From NCBI GenBank assembly GCA_947502805.1, contig CANNBR010000001.1, positions 1-41,434 on the forward strand: a stretch of DNA of 41,434 nt, read 5' to 3'. Position numbers and translations under genes: made by a program. Shown one piece after another: positions 17,279 to 28,200 of this stretch. The DNA comes from a bacterium (GTDB lineage Bacteria; Babelota; Babeliae; Babelales; CAIQNR01). A model generated the notes under the pieces. The model searched no databases, was not told the DNA's origin, and worked only from the letters and a program-made list of their open reading frames with translations. Every line of letters starts with the position of its first letter. Position 1 is the first letter of the stretch.

Positions 17279-19720
17279 ATGCAGTACAACGTAGCGCAAG
17301 TAGAAAAAAAGTGGCAAAAGCGCTGGGCGCAAGATCCAGATGCTCGCGCAACAGATGGTAGAACTGGCAAAAAATATTATTGCCTTGATATGTTCCCGTA
17401 TCCTTCAGGTTCGGGCCTTCACGTAGGTCATTGGAGAGGGTATGTGCTTTCTGATGTGTATGCTCGTATAAAATGGCTGCAAGGGTATAACGTTCTGCAT
17501 CCTATGGGGTGGGACGCCTTTGGCCTTCCTGCTGAAAACGATGCGATCAAAAAAGGGATTCACCCACGCATTTCTACCGATACCAACGTTGCTACCTTTA
17601 AAAAACAACTTGAAGAAGTTGGCGCTCTCTATGATTGGACCAAGGAAGTTAATACAACCGATCCTGAGTATTACAAATGGACTCAGTGGATCTTTTTACA
17701 AATGTTCAAGCGTAATCTTGCCTACCAATCTTTTATGCCTATCAATTGGTGCCCTTCTTGTAAAACCGGCCTGGCTAATGAAGAAGTAGTTAATGGCGGA
17801 TGTGAACGTTGTGGAACTGCGGTTACAAAAAAAGATGTGCCGCAATGGGTGCTCAAAATTACTTCGTACGCGGAGCCGTTATTAAACGATCTTGATGATC
17901 TTGATTGGCCAGAAAAAGTTAAGCTGATGCAAAAAAATTGGATTGGTAAAAGTGAAGGTCTCACTTTTTCAACACCAGTTAAAGGTATGGATCTAACGCT
18001 TGATACGTACTCCACTCACTTTGAAGCCTGTTATGTCGATACGTTTGTCGCCATAGCACCTGATCATTCATTGTTACCTCAACTACTTGAAGGTATTTCT
18101 AATAAAGATGAAATCCTTACCTTTTGTGACGAAGTCATCAAAAAGCGCATTACTGCTGGCAACGAAGGGGAAAAAGAGATTGAAGGCATCTTTACTGGTC
18201 GTTATGTGATTAATCCACTTGATGGCAAAGAGCTACCTATCTGGATTGCGAGTTTTGCTCTTGCAGATTACGGAACGGGCATAGTGAAATGTTCCGCACA
18301 TGATGAACGTGATTTTGAATTTGCTAAAAAATATAATATTCCTCTAACTATTGGATTAGTGCCTGCCAATAATGAAGAGCTCAAGAAAAAAGTAGTTGCT
18401 CAAGAGCTTTGTTATAGCGACACTAAAACAGGAATTTTGCTTTTGCCAGAAGCTTTTTCAGGTAAAGTTGCAGGAGAGGTTCGTGAACAAATAAAAGATT
18501 ATTTAGAAGAACAAGGTCTTGCAAAACGTACGGTGACCTACAAATTGCGTGATTGGATTTTCTCTCGCCAACGTTACTGGGGCGAACCGATTCCTTTAAT
18601 TCATTGCAAAAGTTGCGGCGTTGTTGCAGTGCCAGAATCAGAGTTACCTGTTTTACTACCAGATGTTGAAAAATATGAACCGACAGGAACAGGAGAGTCT
18701 CCGCTTGCTGGTATTACAGACTGGGTAAATACAAGTTGCCCTCAGTGTAAGGCGCCTGCAAAACGAGAAACAAATACCATGCCTCAATGGGCAGGCTCTT
18801 GCTGGTACTTTTTACGTTACCCAAATCCTCAATTGGATACTGCTGCATTTGATCAAGCTGATTTACAATACTGGCTTCCGGTTGATTTGTATGTTGGTGG
18901 TATTGAACATGCTATTTTGCATCTGTTGTATTCACGTTTCTATGTAAAAGTTTTGCATGATGCTGGTTTTGTACCTTTCAAAGAACCGTTCACTCGCTTG
19001 TTTAATCAGGGAATGGTGAACAAACTTTCAGAAAAGAGTGGCTTGGTTGAAAAGATGTCAAAATCAAAAGGGAACGTGGTTAACCCTGATGAAATTGTAA
19101 AAATATACGGGTCTGATGTGCTGCGTATGTATATTCTTTTTATGGGACCGCCTGAACTTGATTGTGAATGGCAAGATAATGGTCTTGAGGGTGTGCGACG
19201 TTTTACGAATCGTTTTATTGCCTATATGTCCACCGAAGTTTTAGCCGATAAAGAAGAAGATCGTGAAGCAAAAGTACGCGTTCAGCAATTTTTAAAAGCA
19301 TACCAAGAACGTCTGGATCAATTTAAACCAAACACTGCACTTTCAGCTGCCATGGAATTAATGAACGATCTTATTAATAAGAAAATTAAAGTTGGTAAAA
19401 CTTCTACAGAGCAGGTGATTGTGGCGCTTTCAGCTCTTGCTCCGCATATGGCAAGTGAGTTACTTGAACACCTGTTTGGTAAAAAATTGCGTGACTGTGA
19501 ATGGCCAGCTTATGATCCAGCGCTTACCGTTCAAGCTACAGTTGAGATTGCTATTCAGGTGAATGGTAAGGTTCGCGGTCAGATTACCGTTGCTCGAGAT
19601 AGTTCTCAAGATGTGGTGCAACCACAGGCGCAAGCGATTATTGAAAAATGGCTTGAAGGCAAGACGATACAAAAAGTTATTTTTGTATCAAACCGTTTAA
19701 TAAGTTTTGTGGTTTCATAA
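17279..19720 (+). CDS. leuS: leucine--tRNA ligase
   Basis: The HIGH motif is [12 protein letters not shown] and the KMSKS motif is present. ATG 17279 ([16 protein letters not shown]) matches the usual LeuRS N-terminus better than the TTG at 17261. Confidence 0.95.
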   Translation: MQYNVAQVEKKWQKRWAQDPDARATDGRTGKKYYCLDMFPYPSGSGLHVGHWRGYVLSDVYARIKWLQGYNVLHPMGWDAFGLPAENDAIKKGIHPRISTDTNVATFKKQLEEVGALYDWTKEVNTTDPEYYKWTQWIFLQMFKRNLAYQSFMPINWCPSCKTGLANEEVVNGGCERCGTAVTKKDVPQWVLKITSYAEPLLNDLDDLDWPEKVKLMQKNWIGKSEGLTFSTPVKGMDLTLDTYSTHFEACYVDTFVAIAPDHSLLPQLLEGISNKDEILTFCDEVIKKRITAGNEGEKEIEGIFTGRYVINPLDGKELPIWIASFALADYGTGIVKCSAHDERDFEFAKKYNIPLTIGLVPANNEELKKKVVAQELCYSDTKTGILLLPEAFSGKVAGEVREQIKDYLEEQGLAKRTVTYKLRDWIFSRQRYWGEPIPLIHCKSCGVVAVPESELPVLLPDVEKYEPTGTGESPLAGITDWVNTSCPQCKAPAKRETNTMPQWAGSCWYFLRYPNPQLDTAAFDQADLQYWLPVDLYVGGIEHAILHLLYSRFYVKVLHDAGFVPFKEPFTRLFNQGMVNKLSEKSGLVEKMSKSKGNVVNPDEIVKIYGSDVLRMYILFMGPPELDCEWQDNGLEGVRRFTNRFIAYMSTEVLADKEEDREAKVRVQQFLKAYQERLDQFKPNTALSAAMELMNDLINKKIKVGKTSTEQVIVALSALAPHMASELLEHLFGKKLRDCEWPAYDPALTVQATVEIAIQVNGKVRGQITVARDSSQDVVQPQAQAIIEKWLEGKTIQKVIFVSNRLISFVVS

Positions 19721-19743
19721 GTTATTTTTGAATGGGATTTTCT

Positions 19744-21708
19744 ATGGCCTTATTTAAGCTTTTTTCTCCGTTTGAACCAGCAGGTAGTCAACCAGAAGCA
19801 ATTAAACAGTTGCTAGAAAAACGAGCAAGCGGCGTCAATGATACTTCCACCCTTATGGGTGTAACCGGTTCTGGTAAAACATTTACAATGGCCAATGTTA
19901 TCGCTCAGCAAAATAAGCCAGTGCTCGTACTTTCTCACAACAAAACATTAGCTGCTCAGCTTTATGAAGAGTTTTGCCTTTTTTTTCCCGAAAACAAGGT
20001 CTGCTATTTCGTAAGTTATTACGATTACTATCAGCCTGAGTCATACATCCCTTCCCAAGACATTTACATACCCAAAGAAACGAAAGTGAATAGCGAGATT
20101 GAGCGTTTGCGTATTGAAGCAAGTGCTTCTCTTATTAATCGTAACGATGTGATTGTTATCGCCTCGGTTTCTGCTATTTACTCCCTTGGTAATCCGTACG
20201 ATTACCGTGAACTAGCTCTTTCGTTAAAAGTTGGTCAGAAACTAAAACGTGCTGAGCTACTTAGTAACTTGATCCATATTCAGTATTCGCGAAATGATGT
20301 TGAACGAAGCTTTGGCACGTTCCAAGTAACGGGAAATACGATTGAAGTTGTTTTGCCGTATCAAAAAGATAGGCTTCGTATTGAGCTTTTTGGTGATGAA
20401 ATTGAAGGCTTACAGTGGATTAGTAAAGATAATAATCGTGTTTTAACGAACCTTGATAACACCTTAATCTTTCCCGCAAAGCATTTTGTGACTACTGAAG
20501 CAAAGAAAAAAGCAGCATTACGCTCAATAAAAGCTGAACTTAAAGAATATTTACCTACGCTTGAAAGTGAAGTAGTGCGTGAACGGTTGCGCCAACGTGT
20601 ATCCCATGATCTTGAAATGATAGAAGAGCTTGGTTATTGCAGTGGCATTGAAAATTATTCATCGCATTTTGAAAGTAGGCCATCAGGAGTTTCTCCTTTC
20701 TGCTTGTTCGATTTCTTTCCTAAAGATTTTTTATGCATCATTGATGAGTCTCATGTGGCATTGCCTCAATTGCGTGGAATGCATGCAGGTGATCGTTCTC
20801 GTAAAAAAACATTAATAGATTTTGGCTTTCGCTTACCATCAGCCTATGACAATCGCCCCTTAAAGTTTGAAGAAATAGAAAAGCATTTAACTGATGTTAT
20901 TTTTGTTTCCGCCACGCCTGGTGATTATGAAATTACTCATTCAAATCAGCTTGTTGAGCAGATTATTCGGCCTACTGGTTTGGTTGATCCGATGATTGAA
21001 ATTGTGCCTCGCATTGGCCAAATGGATCATCTTGTTACAGAAATTCAAAAGGTTATAGCAAATGATCAGCGTACGTTGGTTACAGTACTTACTAAAAAAA
21101 TGGCAGAAGAGCTTGCTCGGTATCTTGAAGAGCGCCGTTTAAAAGTTTGTTATTTACATAGTGATATTAAAACACCACAACGTACTGAGCTTTTACAAAA
21201 ATTACGGTTAGGCGTGTTTGATTGTTTGGTCGGGGTTAACTTGCTTCGTGAAGGTCTTGATCTTCCTGAAGTTGCATTGGTTGCTATTATGGATGCGGAT
21301 ATCGAAAGTTTTTTGCGAGATAAACGTTCGCTTATTCAAACTATTGGCCGTGCTGCGCGTAATGTTGATGCTCGAGTGTTAATGTATGCGGATAAAATTA
21401 CCAATTCGATGCGCAATGCGATTGATGAAACTGATCGTCGACGTGCTATTCAAGTTGCGTATAACGAAGAACATGGCATTACTCCTTTGTCTGTTAGGCG
21501 AGAAGTTACTAAAAGTATTTCATCGTTACAGCAGGCTATTTCGCAAGCTTCTAAGCGTAAAAAGAAAGATGATAAGGTTTTAACAGAGCCAGAACTTCAA
21601 AAGAAACTTGCTGATCTTGAATATGAAATGCGTAAGGCTGCAGAGAATCTTGATTTTGAAACAGCGATTGCTTTACGTGAGCAATGGCTTGAGCTACAGA
21701 AGACTTAG
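19744..21708 (+). CDS. uvrB: excinuclease ABC subunit B
   Basis: MALFKLFSPFEPAGSQPEAIKQL matches the UvrB N-terminus, so I prefer 19744 to the track start 19732. It has Walker A GVTGSGKTF, DESH, and a C-terminal UVR domain (LEYEMRKAAENLDFETAIALREQ). Confidence 0.93.
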   Translation: MALFKLFSPFEPAGSQPEAIKQLLEKRASGVNDTSTLMGVTGSGKTFTMANVIAQQNKPVLVLSHNKTLAAQLYEEFCLFFPENKVCYFVSYYDYYQPESYIPSQDIYIPKETKVNSEIERLRIEASASLINRNDVIVIASVSAIYSLGNPYDYRELALSLKVGQKLKRAELLSNLIHIQYSRNDVERSFGTFQVTGNTIEVVLPYQKDRLRIELFGDEIEGLQWISKDNNRVLTNLDNTLIFPAKHFVTTEAKKKAALRSIKAELKEYLPTLESEVVRERLRQRVSHDLEMIEELGYCSGIENYSSHFESRPSGVSPFCLFDFFPKDFLCIIDESHVALPQLRGMHAGDRSRKKTLIDFGFRLPSAYDNRPLKFEEIEKHLTDVIFVSATPGDYEITHSNQLVEQIIRPTGLVDPMIEIVPRIGQMDHLVTEIQKVIANDQRTLVTVLTKKMAEELARYLEERRLKVCYLHSDIKTPQRTELLQKLRLGVFDCLVGVNLLREGLDLPEVALVAIMDADIESFLRDKRSLIQTIGRAARNVDARVLMYADKITNSMRNAIDETDRRRAIQVAYNEEHGITPLSVRREVTKSISSLQQAISQASKRKKKDDKVLTEPELQKKLADLEYEMRKAAENLDFETAIALREQWLELQKT

Positions 21709-21713
21709 CGCTG

Positions 21714-21742
21714 ATCAGAAAAGTTTTAGTGTCGCACTTCAT
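21714..21742 (-). repeat. solo copy of the motif that precedes the IS30-like transposase at the window end
   Basis: The reverse complement, atgaagtgcgacactaaaacttttctgat, matches 41323-41345 (atgaagtgcgacaactttctgat). The match is 13 identical nt, a 5-nt indel, then about 10 nt. It lies between the uvrB stop and the stop of the convergent gene. Confidence 0.5.
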
Positions 21743-21761
21743 ATTTGACATTGCCGTTTTT

Positions 21762-22223
21762 TTATATGCCAGGGGAGATAGAGCTAAATCCTCTTTCTGC
21801 TAACTTATTATCAAGCGCTATGCGATCTTCAAGCGCTATGCGATCTTCAAGCGCTATGCGATCTTCAAGTGTTTTTTTAAATTGTAGGGCAAGATTATTT
21901 CTATCTTTTTCTGCTTTAAATGAAAGAAGAAAGCCTGACACTTGTAGTATTTTTTCTTTAAAATGAGGAGTTATTTCTTTGTTAAGAGCAAAAATTAATC
22001 TATTCTTATCTAGGTCATTCTCTCTAAGAATCGTTACATTTACTAAATATTCCATACCTTCTAAAAATGAGACAGTTGAAATTCCTTTAGGGGATTCTTC
22101 TTTAAGAAATAGGTCCACCAATTCATGTGCATTTTCTGCAAAGCATTTATTTCTCTCTTCTATATAAGAGCCATATGTTGCTGTGGTAGCGGTTAGTAAT
22201 AATAAACTGATAATTTTTTTCAT
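21762..22223 (-). CDS. hypothetical secreted protein with a tandem EDRIAL repeat
   Basis: 153 aa with a signal-like N-terminus (MKKIISLLLLTATTATYG) and LEDRIALEDRIALEDRIAL near the C-terminus. Confidence 0.55.
   Translation of the reverse strand: MKKIISLLLLTATTATYGSYIEERNKCFAENAHELVDLFLKEESPKGISTVSFLEGMEYLVNVTILRENDLDKNRLIFALNKEITPHFKEKILQVSGFLLSFKAEKDRNNLALQFKKTLEDRIALEDRIALEDRIALDNKLAERGFSSISPGI
21811..21869. repeat. 18-bp perfect tandem repeat, 3 copies plus 5 nt, in-frame within the CDS
   Basis: The unit tcaagcgctatgcgatct occurs at 21811-21828, 21829-21846 and 21847-21864, followed by tcaag. Confidence 0.9.
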
Positions 22224-22336
22224 CGATATCCCTTGTGTTAAGGCCCCTTGGCTTTTTTTATTAGTGATGGTATTGTACCATCCACTGATTCAGTCAGCAA
22301 ATCCAAAGTGAATTAGATACTTAAAAAAGGCCTAAA

Positions 22337-24445
22337 ATGAAAAAAAATGTATTTTTATCTATACTAATTGGTGGATCTCTTGGGTTTTTGTTAGCCCATA
22401 AAGTTCCCTTATCAAAGGAAAAAATAACTATGAAGTGTGATATTCAAGAATATAAAAATATAAACACTGTTGCATTAGCTTGTTCGGTGTTTCCAAAAAC
22501 TTCTCAGGAAATTATTGAGCGTTCAGACAGGGCACAAAAAACAGCTCTCGAAAGCATTAATGTGCTTATTGCGCTCTCTCCAGAAAATTATAGTCAAGCA
22601 ACGGTGCTACAAGGGTTCGATAGGTTAAAGGCTCGGATAGGATCAGAATTATCTATTCTTGGGTTAGTAAAATCGGTCTATCTAGAGCAAGAAATGCTTG
22701 ATACTGCAGAAAAACAATTTGTGCTTTTGAATCAATTTATTATTGAACATATCGATAGTAACGGCCAGATTTACCAAGTATTTAAGGCATATCAGATGGG
22801 GGCTGCCCATAAAGAAAATCTTACAGAAGATGATCATTATTTCTTAAACAAAGTACTAGAAAATTTTGAGTTACAAGGGTTGAATCTTCCTGCAGAAAAA
22901 CAAGAACAGGTGCTTGCTCTTAAAAAACAGTGCGCACAATTAGAGTCTGAATTTCATCGCCTCATTGATCAAGATGCAACCACTATAAAAGTTTCTGAAG
23001 AAGCGCTTGTAGGTATTCCAGAAGATTTTAAGAAAACATTGCAGCATGATAGTGATGCCTATGTTTTACCGATGAACTATCCGGTTCAATCAATGGTTAT
23101 GAATTATTGCTCTGTTCAGGAAACGCGTAAACAGTATTCAAAGGCTTTTAGCAATAAAGCCTACCCTCAAAATGAGTCAATTTTACAAGAAATTATACGC
23201 ATACGAGATGAGTTCTCAAAGCTACTTGGGTATGAAAGTTTTGCTTCGTATGATTTAAAAACTCAGATGATTAAAACTCCTGAACGTGCATGGGACTTTG
23301 AAAACGATCTGCAAAAAAAAGCGTTAATTGCAGCAGAAAAAGACTTTAATCAATTAGTAGGGGATCTTCCAGAAGGAGTTTCTTTAACTAAGGATGGAAA
23401 GTTGGATCCTTGGAATTTTGGCTTTGTGAATACCTATTTTAAGAAAAAATATTACTCAATTGATGAGCAAGTTTTTGCAGAATATTTTCCTATGGAAAAA
23501 ACAATAGCAGGGCTTATTGGTATCTATGAAAAATTCTTTAATTTGAGCATTGAGCCTGTTGTGGTTACTGGTATGTGGCATTCTGATGTTCGCCTTTTGC
23601 AAGTTAAAAACAGGGCTGATGGCGCATTATTAAGTTATATTTTTTTAGATATGTTTCCGCGAGAAAAAAAATACGGGCATGCAGCAGCTTTTGAGGCTGT
23701 TTTAGCAACTAAAAAAGATGATGGAACGCGTACTCCGTCTGTTGTTACCTTGGTGTGTAATTTTACTAAGCCAACAGCAGAAAAACCTTCATTATTAAAA
23801 TATTCAGAAGTTACTACATTCTTCCATGAGTTTGGTCACGCTATTCATGTAACTTTAGGAGCAACTAAATATTATGCTCTGTCTGGGTTTAATACGGAAA
23901 TTGATTTTGTTGAGTTGCCTTCACAGATGCTTGAAAACTGGATGGAGAATAAAGAGATTCTTACCATGATTAGTTCTCATTATAAAACAGGAAAATCTTT
24001 ACCAGAAGAGCTTATTGAAAAACGTCTTGAACTTCTAAAGTTTGGCCAAGGTATTTTTGTAGCGAGTCAACTTACTCTTGGCATGATTAGTTTAGAGCTT
24101 TTTGGACCGCACCATACGGAGTCTTTGGCTGATACCTATAAACGTTTTTCCGAACTTAATTCTAAGTATCTCGCGTATGATACAGATACTCATCGTTATT
24201 GTTCTTTTGGACACCTTACTGGCTATGGCCCTAAATATTATGGTTACCTGTGGTCATTAGTACTTGCTTACGATGTGTTCGAGCAGATTGAAAAAGAAGG
24301 CTTGCTAAATTCAGAAGCAGGTAGAAAATATTCTGATGCAATTCTTTCCTGTGGTGGAAGCAAAGATGCAAATGATATGTTACGTGACTATCTAGGACGC
24401 GAACCTCGCTTTGATGCTTTTTATAAAAAAATGGGCCTTGAGTAA
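22337..24445 (+). CDS. M3-family zinc oligopeptidase (thimet oligopeptidase / Dcp / oligopeptidase A type) with an N-terminal membrane anchor or signal
   Basis: 702 aa with an HEFGH zinc motif (TTFFHEFGHAIH), a downstream E (VELPSQMLENW), and a hydrophobic N-terminus. Confidence 0.85.
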   Translation: MKKNVFLSILIGGSLGFLLAHKVPLSKEKITMKCDIQEYKNINTVALACSVFPKTSQEIIERSDRAQKTALESINVLIALSPENYSQATVLQGFDRLKARIGSELSILGLVKSVYLEQEMLDTAEKQFVLLNQFIIEHIDSNGQIYQVFKAYQMGAAHKENLTEDDHYFLNKVLENFELQGLNLPAEKQEQVLALKKQCAQLESEFHRLIDQDATTIKVSEEALVGIPEDFKKTLQHDSDAYVLPMNYPVQSMVMNYCSVQETRKQYSKAFSNKAYPQNESILQEIIRIRDEFSKLLGYESFASYDLKTQMIKTPERAWDFENDLQKKALIAAEKDFNQLVGDLPEGVSLTKDGKLDPWNFGFVNTYFKKKYYSIDEQVFAEYFPMEKTIAGLIGIYEKFFNLSIEPVVVTGMWHSDVRLLQVKNRADGALLSYIFLDMFPREKKYGHAAAFEAVLATKKDDGTRTPSVVTLVCNFTKPTAEKPSLLKYSEVTTFFHEFGHAIHVTLGATKYYALSGFNTEIDFVELPSQMLENWMENKEILTMISSHYKTGKSLPEELIEKRLELLKFGQGIFVASQLTLGMISLELFGPHHTESLADTYKRFSELNSKYLAYDTDTHRYCSFGHLTGYGPKYYGYLWSLVLAYDVFEQIEKEGLLNSEAGRKYSDAILSCGGSKDANDMLRDYLGREPRFDAFYKKMGLE

Positions 24446-24452
24446 AATCAGT

Positions 24453-24492
24453 GTCATTCCCAGTGATGCAAGGAGCGGTAAGGGAATCTTGG
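24453..24492. repeat. mini-hairpin repeat related to the type A terminus (copy 2)
   Basis: gtcattcccagtgatgcaaggagcggtaagggaatcttgg shares gtgtcattcccag...gtaagggaatctt(t)gg with 7533-7577. It starts 8 nt after the peptidase stop. Confidence 0.7.
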
Positions 24493-24517
24493 ATAGTGTA
24501 GTAAGTTTATTAGAAAG

Positions 24518-24543
24518 CACTTTTGGAAACAAAGGTGTTTTTT
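24518..24543 (+). terminator. intrinsic terminator of the M3 peptidase gene
   Basis: cacttttg-GAAA-caaaggtg forms an 8-bp stem with one G-U pair and a GNRA loop, followed by T6. Confidence 0.7.
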
Positions 24544-24617
24544 GTGTGAGAATATTCGTAGTAATCTGCTATACTTTTTCTTCTGCGGTCACTGAGTAAA
24601 GTGGGGGAGTAGTTAAG

Positions 24618-25208
24618 GTGTTAGCAGGTCGAATAGAGTGCGTAGGATTAGTGCTACGGTCAAGTGGAAGTGCACTTTCAATCTTAAGCCCACAAGAAGG
24701 TCGCGTTGAAAAAAGATGGTTCAAACCATTTCATTGGGGACCATTACATCGGGGTTCTATCATTTCCTATTTCAGTGAAAAAAAACATGGGCAGCTGGTT
24801 GAAATTATCGAGTATCTTGATCTTGAACAGTGTGCAACACAGTTAGCATTCCAGGATATTTACTTGCTCCATTACATTCTTGAGCTGTGTCATTATTTTA
24901 TTCCAGTTGGGAGTGAGGCAGAACAACCATTTTATTTTTTGGTTGAATTATTTCAGCAATTTAATAAGTTTTCTACACCTCTTCAGAAAAAAATTGTTTT
25001 ATGTAAAATTCTTGCGTTGCTTGGTGTGTGCCCTGATGAAGTATCAGTGCAAGCCATAGCTAATAAGTTACGTATAATGCCTATTGACAAGTTACTGAGT
25101 GAGCACCTAGAGTTGGATTCAGAAGAGCTGATCAGTAGATGGCTCTTTTGGTGCAGAGAAATGCACCCCAAAGGAAAGTTTTTTAAGGCTATGCCTCTCC
25201 TTACTTGA
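24618..25208 (+). CDS. hypothetical protein, possibly RecO-like
   Basis: 196 aa with a GTG start. The N-terminus (GLVLRSSGSALSILSPQEGRVEK) resembles a RecO OB fold and the helical part (LLHYILELCHYFIP) resembles RecO by eye only. It is shorter than typical RecO. Confidence 0.3.
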   Translation: MLAGRIECVGLVLRSSGSALSILSPQEGRVEKRWFKPFHWGPLHRGSIISYFSEKKHGQLVEIIEYLDLEQCATQLAFQDIYLLHYILELCHYFIPVGSEAEQPFYFLVELFQQFNKFSTPLQKKIVLCKILALLGVCPDEVSVQAIANKLRIMPIDKLLSEHLELDSEELISRWLFWCREMHPKGKFFKAMPLLT

Positions 25209-25220
25209 AGTGATGTTGCG

Positions 25221-28200
25221 ATGAAAAGAATACTATCAACCGTTTTTCTCCTAGGATTTTGCTACGCACAGGCAGATATTTTTGACACATTAAATATACC
25301 AAAAATCGACAAATTTAATGTTGTGGTTGGTACTAATAAAATTACCGAAGACATTGCTCAGTTGCGCAAACAAACGGATTTTTTACAAAAAGAAGAACGT
25401 ACAGCACATGAAGACCTTCTTCTGCAATCAGAAAAAGTTAAAAGCCAGATCTTAATACTTGAGACAACTAAGTCTACTGATACTCAATACAAAAGTAAGC
25501 TTCTTTTAACGCTTAAGTCGATGAGTCAAGCACTCATAACGTTTCGCTCTTTGCGTAAAGAAACTATTGCAACGAGTAAGCAACATGAGGTTCTTTTGGA
25601 GGATTTTTCAAAGGAACGGTTTGAAGGAATTCTTTCTGAACGAAAAACTATGTATACCTTTGACGATATTCAGAATCTTGGCAATCAAATTGCTAGTCAG
25701 GAAGAAGTTGTAGAACATGAGCAGGCTCGAAAAAAAGAACTGATACTTGATCTTGAAAATGGAGAAAAAAAAGTTATAGCTGCAGAAGAGTTGTGTAAAA
25801 AGAAGCTCAAAGAACAGGGTGACTTTGGAAAATGGCTGGAGTCTGGTGAGCGCCATGTTCGTATTAAAGGTGAGTTGCTTGATGCAGAGGTTGCTCTTGC
25901 TCAGTATGAGCGCGATTTAGCAGCATTAAGGATTGAAGATAAAAAAGTAAAATTAGCTTTTGCGACTGATATGATTCTTGTTCAAGAGCGCACTCTGCAA
26001 GTTCTTAAGAAAAAATTAGATTTTAGTGTTCGTATTTCTTTACGTGTTGATCTTGAAGATGTTCACCAAGCAGAAGAAAAACTTAAAAAAGAAAAACAGC
26101 TCTATTTGACCATAACTGATGCTTATTTGCAGTCAGTTGAAAAGTTAACTATTCAAGAAGAAAAGATAAAAAAAGAGCTTTCATTTTTAGAAAAAAGTTA
26201 TGGAGAGCCAGGTAACAGTATTCAAAATTTGAATGAATGGTCAGCTACCGTTAGTTCGGCTGAGGGATATTTGATTCTTGGTGAAACTGGTTTAAAAAAT
26301 GATGAGCTCTTAGTTTTAGAACGTGAAATTGAGTTACTTAAAGCACAGATAGAATGTGAAAAAGAAAAGTTTAAAGAGCAAGAACTTAATACGGAAATGA
26401 TTCTTTCTTGGCATAAAACAAAACATCAAAAGTTTAAAACGAGTGATGAGCTTCATGCAGAAGTAAAGAAGTATCAAAATTGTTCAGTGGAGCTTTTGCG
26501 TGAGTGTTCTTCGTGTGAGGATAAGCGCACTGCCTCAACTAACCGTTTAAATATACAGAATAGAGCGCTTTCGAATCTTAAAAATCATAAAGAGCAGTTG
26601 AATAGCAAAAATAAAGGGATAGTTGGGTACGATGAAAATAAGTATTCACACATTATTAATTATTTTGATCAAGCTCAGATTCTTATCTCTCATCAAATAG
26701 AAATAACTGGAAATCTTATTGAGGTGTATTCAAAGTCGCTTGTTTATTTAAACAGTTCGCTAAAGCATATCGATGCAATGGTCAGCGAATTACAACGAAT
26801 AAATTTATGGCATCGCTCTCGCGGAGCAATTTCTTGGAATGGAATAAAAAATGTTTTTTCGGATACAAAAATATTCTTGAGTGATATGCATACCCTTGCT
26901 TCTCATTCTTTAGCTTCAGGGTTTGATCTTCATGAAATGGTTAGTTTATTACTTGATCAACCATTAAAACTCTTTTTTTTGTTTATAAAACTTCTTGCTT
27001 TAGTAGCACTTTTTTGGACTTTTTATTATTGCTTGCCTCGCTTTTCAAAGCAGCTTTTAGCAGTTCAGCGTGATTTTAGTGGTGTATATATTATTGGTCG
27101 CGTATTGGGATTTATTTGTCAGTTTATTTTTAATCATATGATAACACTGTTTTTATGGGCCGTTTGTCTTTATTATTTTGGGTATTATGGTTCTTCAGAG
27201 CTGTATCCAAGTATGCTTTTTTATCTTTTTTCTATTCCCTATTTATTGTATCTTGCCCGAAAAATAGTCAGTACTTTTATCACACTTAATCAAGAAAATA
27301 ATTATGACATTGTAAATGAATCATTTCAGCCTCGATTCGCTTTAATATGTTACGTTTTTTTGTATGCAACAATCATTATACTCTGCTTTAGAGAAGCATT
27401 TTTACTTGGCGGCTACTCAAAATCTGAATTGCCAAATATTCTTTTAGCAGCGTATTCAATTATCATTCGTGGATTACTTTTAACCTTTATTCGCAAAGAA
27501 GATTTACTTAGTATTATTCCTTCAAAAACACCATTTTGGGCCTGGGTATGGAGCGTAGTAAATGATTATTACTATATTCTGCTCGGTATTTTTATTGTCA
27601 TCATGATTTTAAGCGACCCGTATATTGGTGGTTATGATAACTTAATGACCTATATTTTCTGGGGTGTGCTCGGTACTGCAATTGTTATAAAAATGCTCTT
27701 TTTATTTTATGGATTTTTCAGAAGAACATCAGTTCTTGTTTTCTTTTCGTCTGAGCGGGAGATTTTACGTGAACGCTTTTATTTGGCAAAAACCTTGTAC
27801 AGTCTGCTTGCCATTTTCTTGCTTATATTTTTCATTTTTCTTGGTGTCTGGCTTATTTCATGGTTCTGGGGGAAAACAATTTCACTAGGGGCGCTTGCTG
27901 AATTTTTTACCCAAAAAAGTATTACTATAAGTATCATTGATGGCCAGTATCAGAAAATAAGTGTGCTTGATATTTTGCGTACCATTTCATTCATTCCATT
28001 AAGTTTTATGGTTGCATCGTTCATTGATAAATTTGTTTTATATCGTCTTTTTGGGATGTTACTTGTCGACCCAGGTGTGCATAATACAGTTTCAACTATT
28101 TCATATTACCTATCTGCTATCACGGTTATTACTCTTGGGTTGTGGTATGAAGGATTTGGTTTTCTTGTTGTGTATTATCTCGGGCCATTGCTCTTTGGTA

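Noticed and set aside
21811-21869. The short perfect repeats could be a CRISPR array.
   Set aside because: The units are contiguous with no spacers, only 18 bp long, and in-frame within a CDS. This is a coding tandem repeat.
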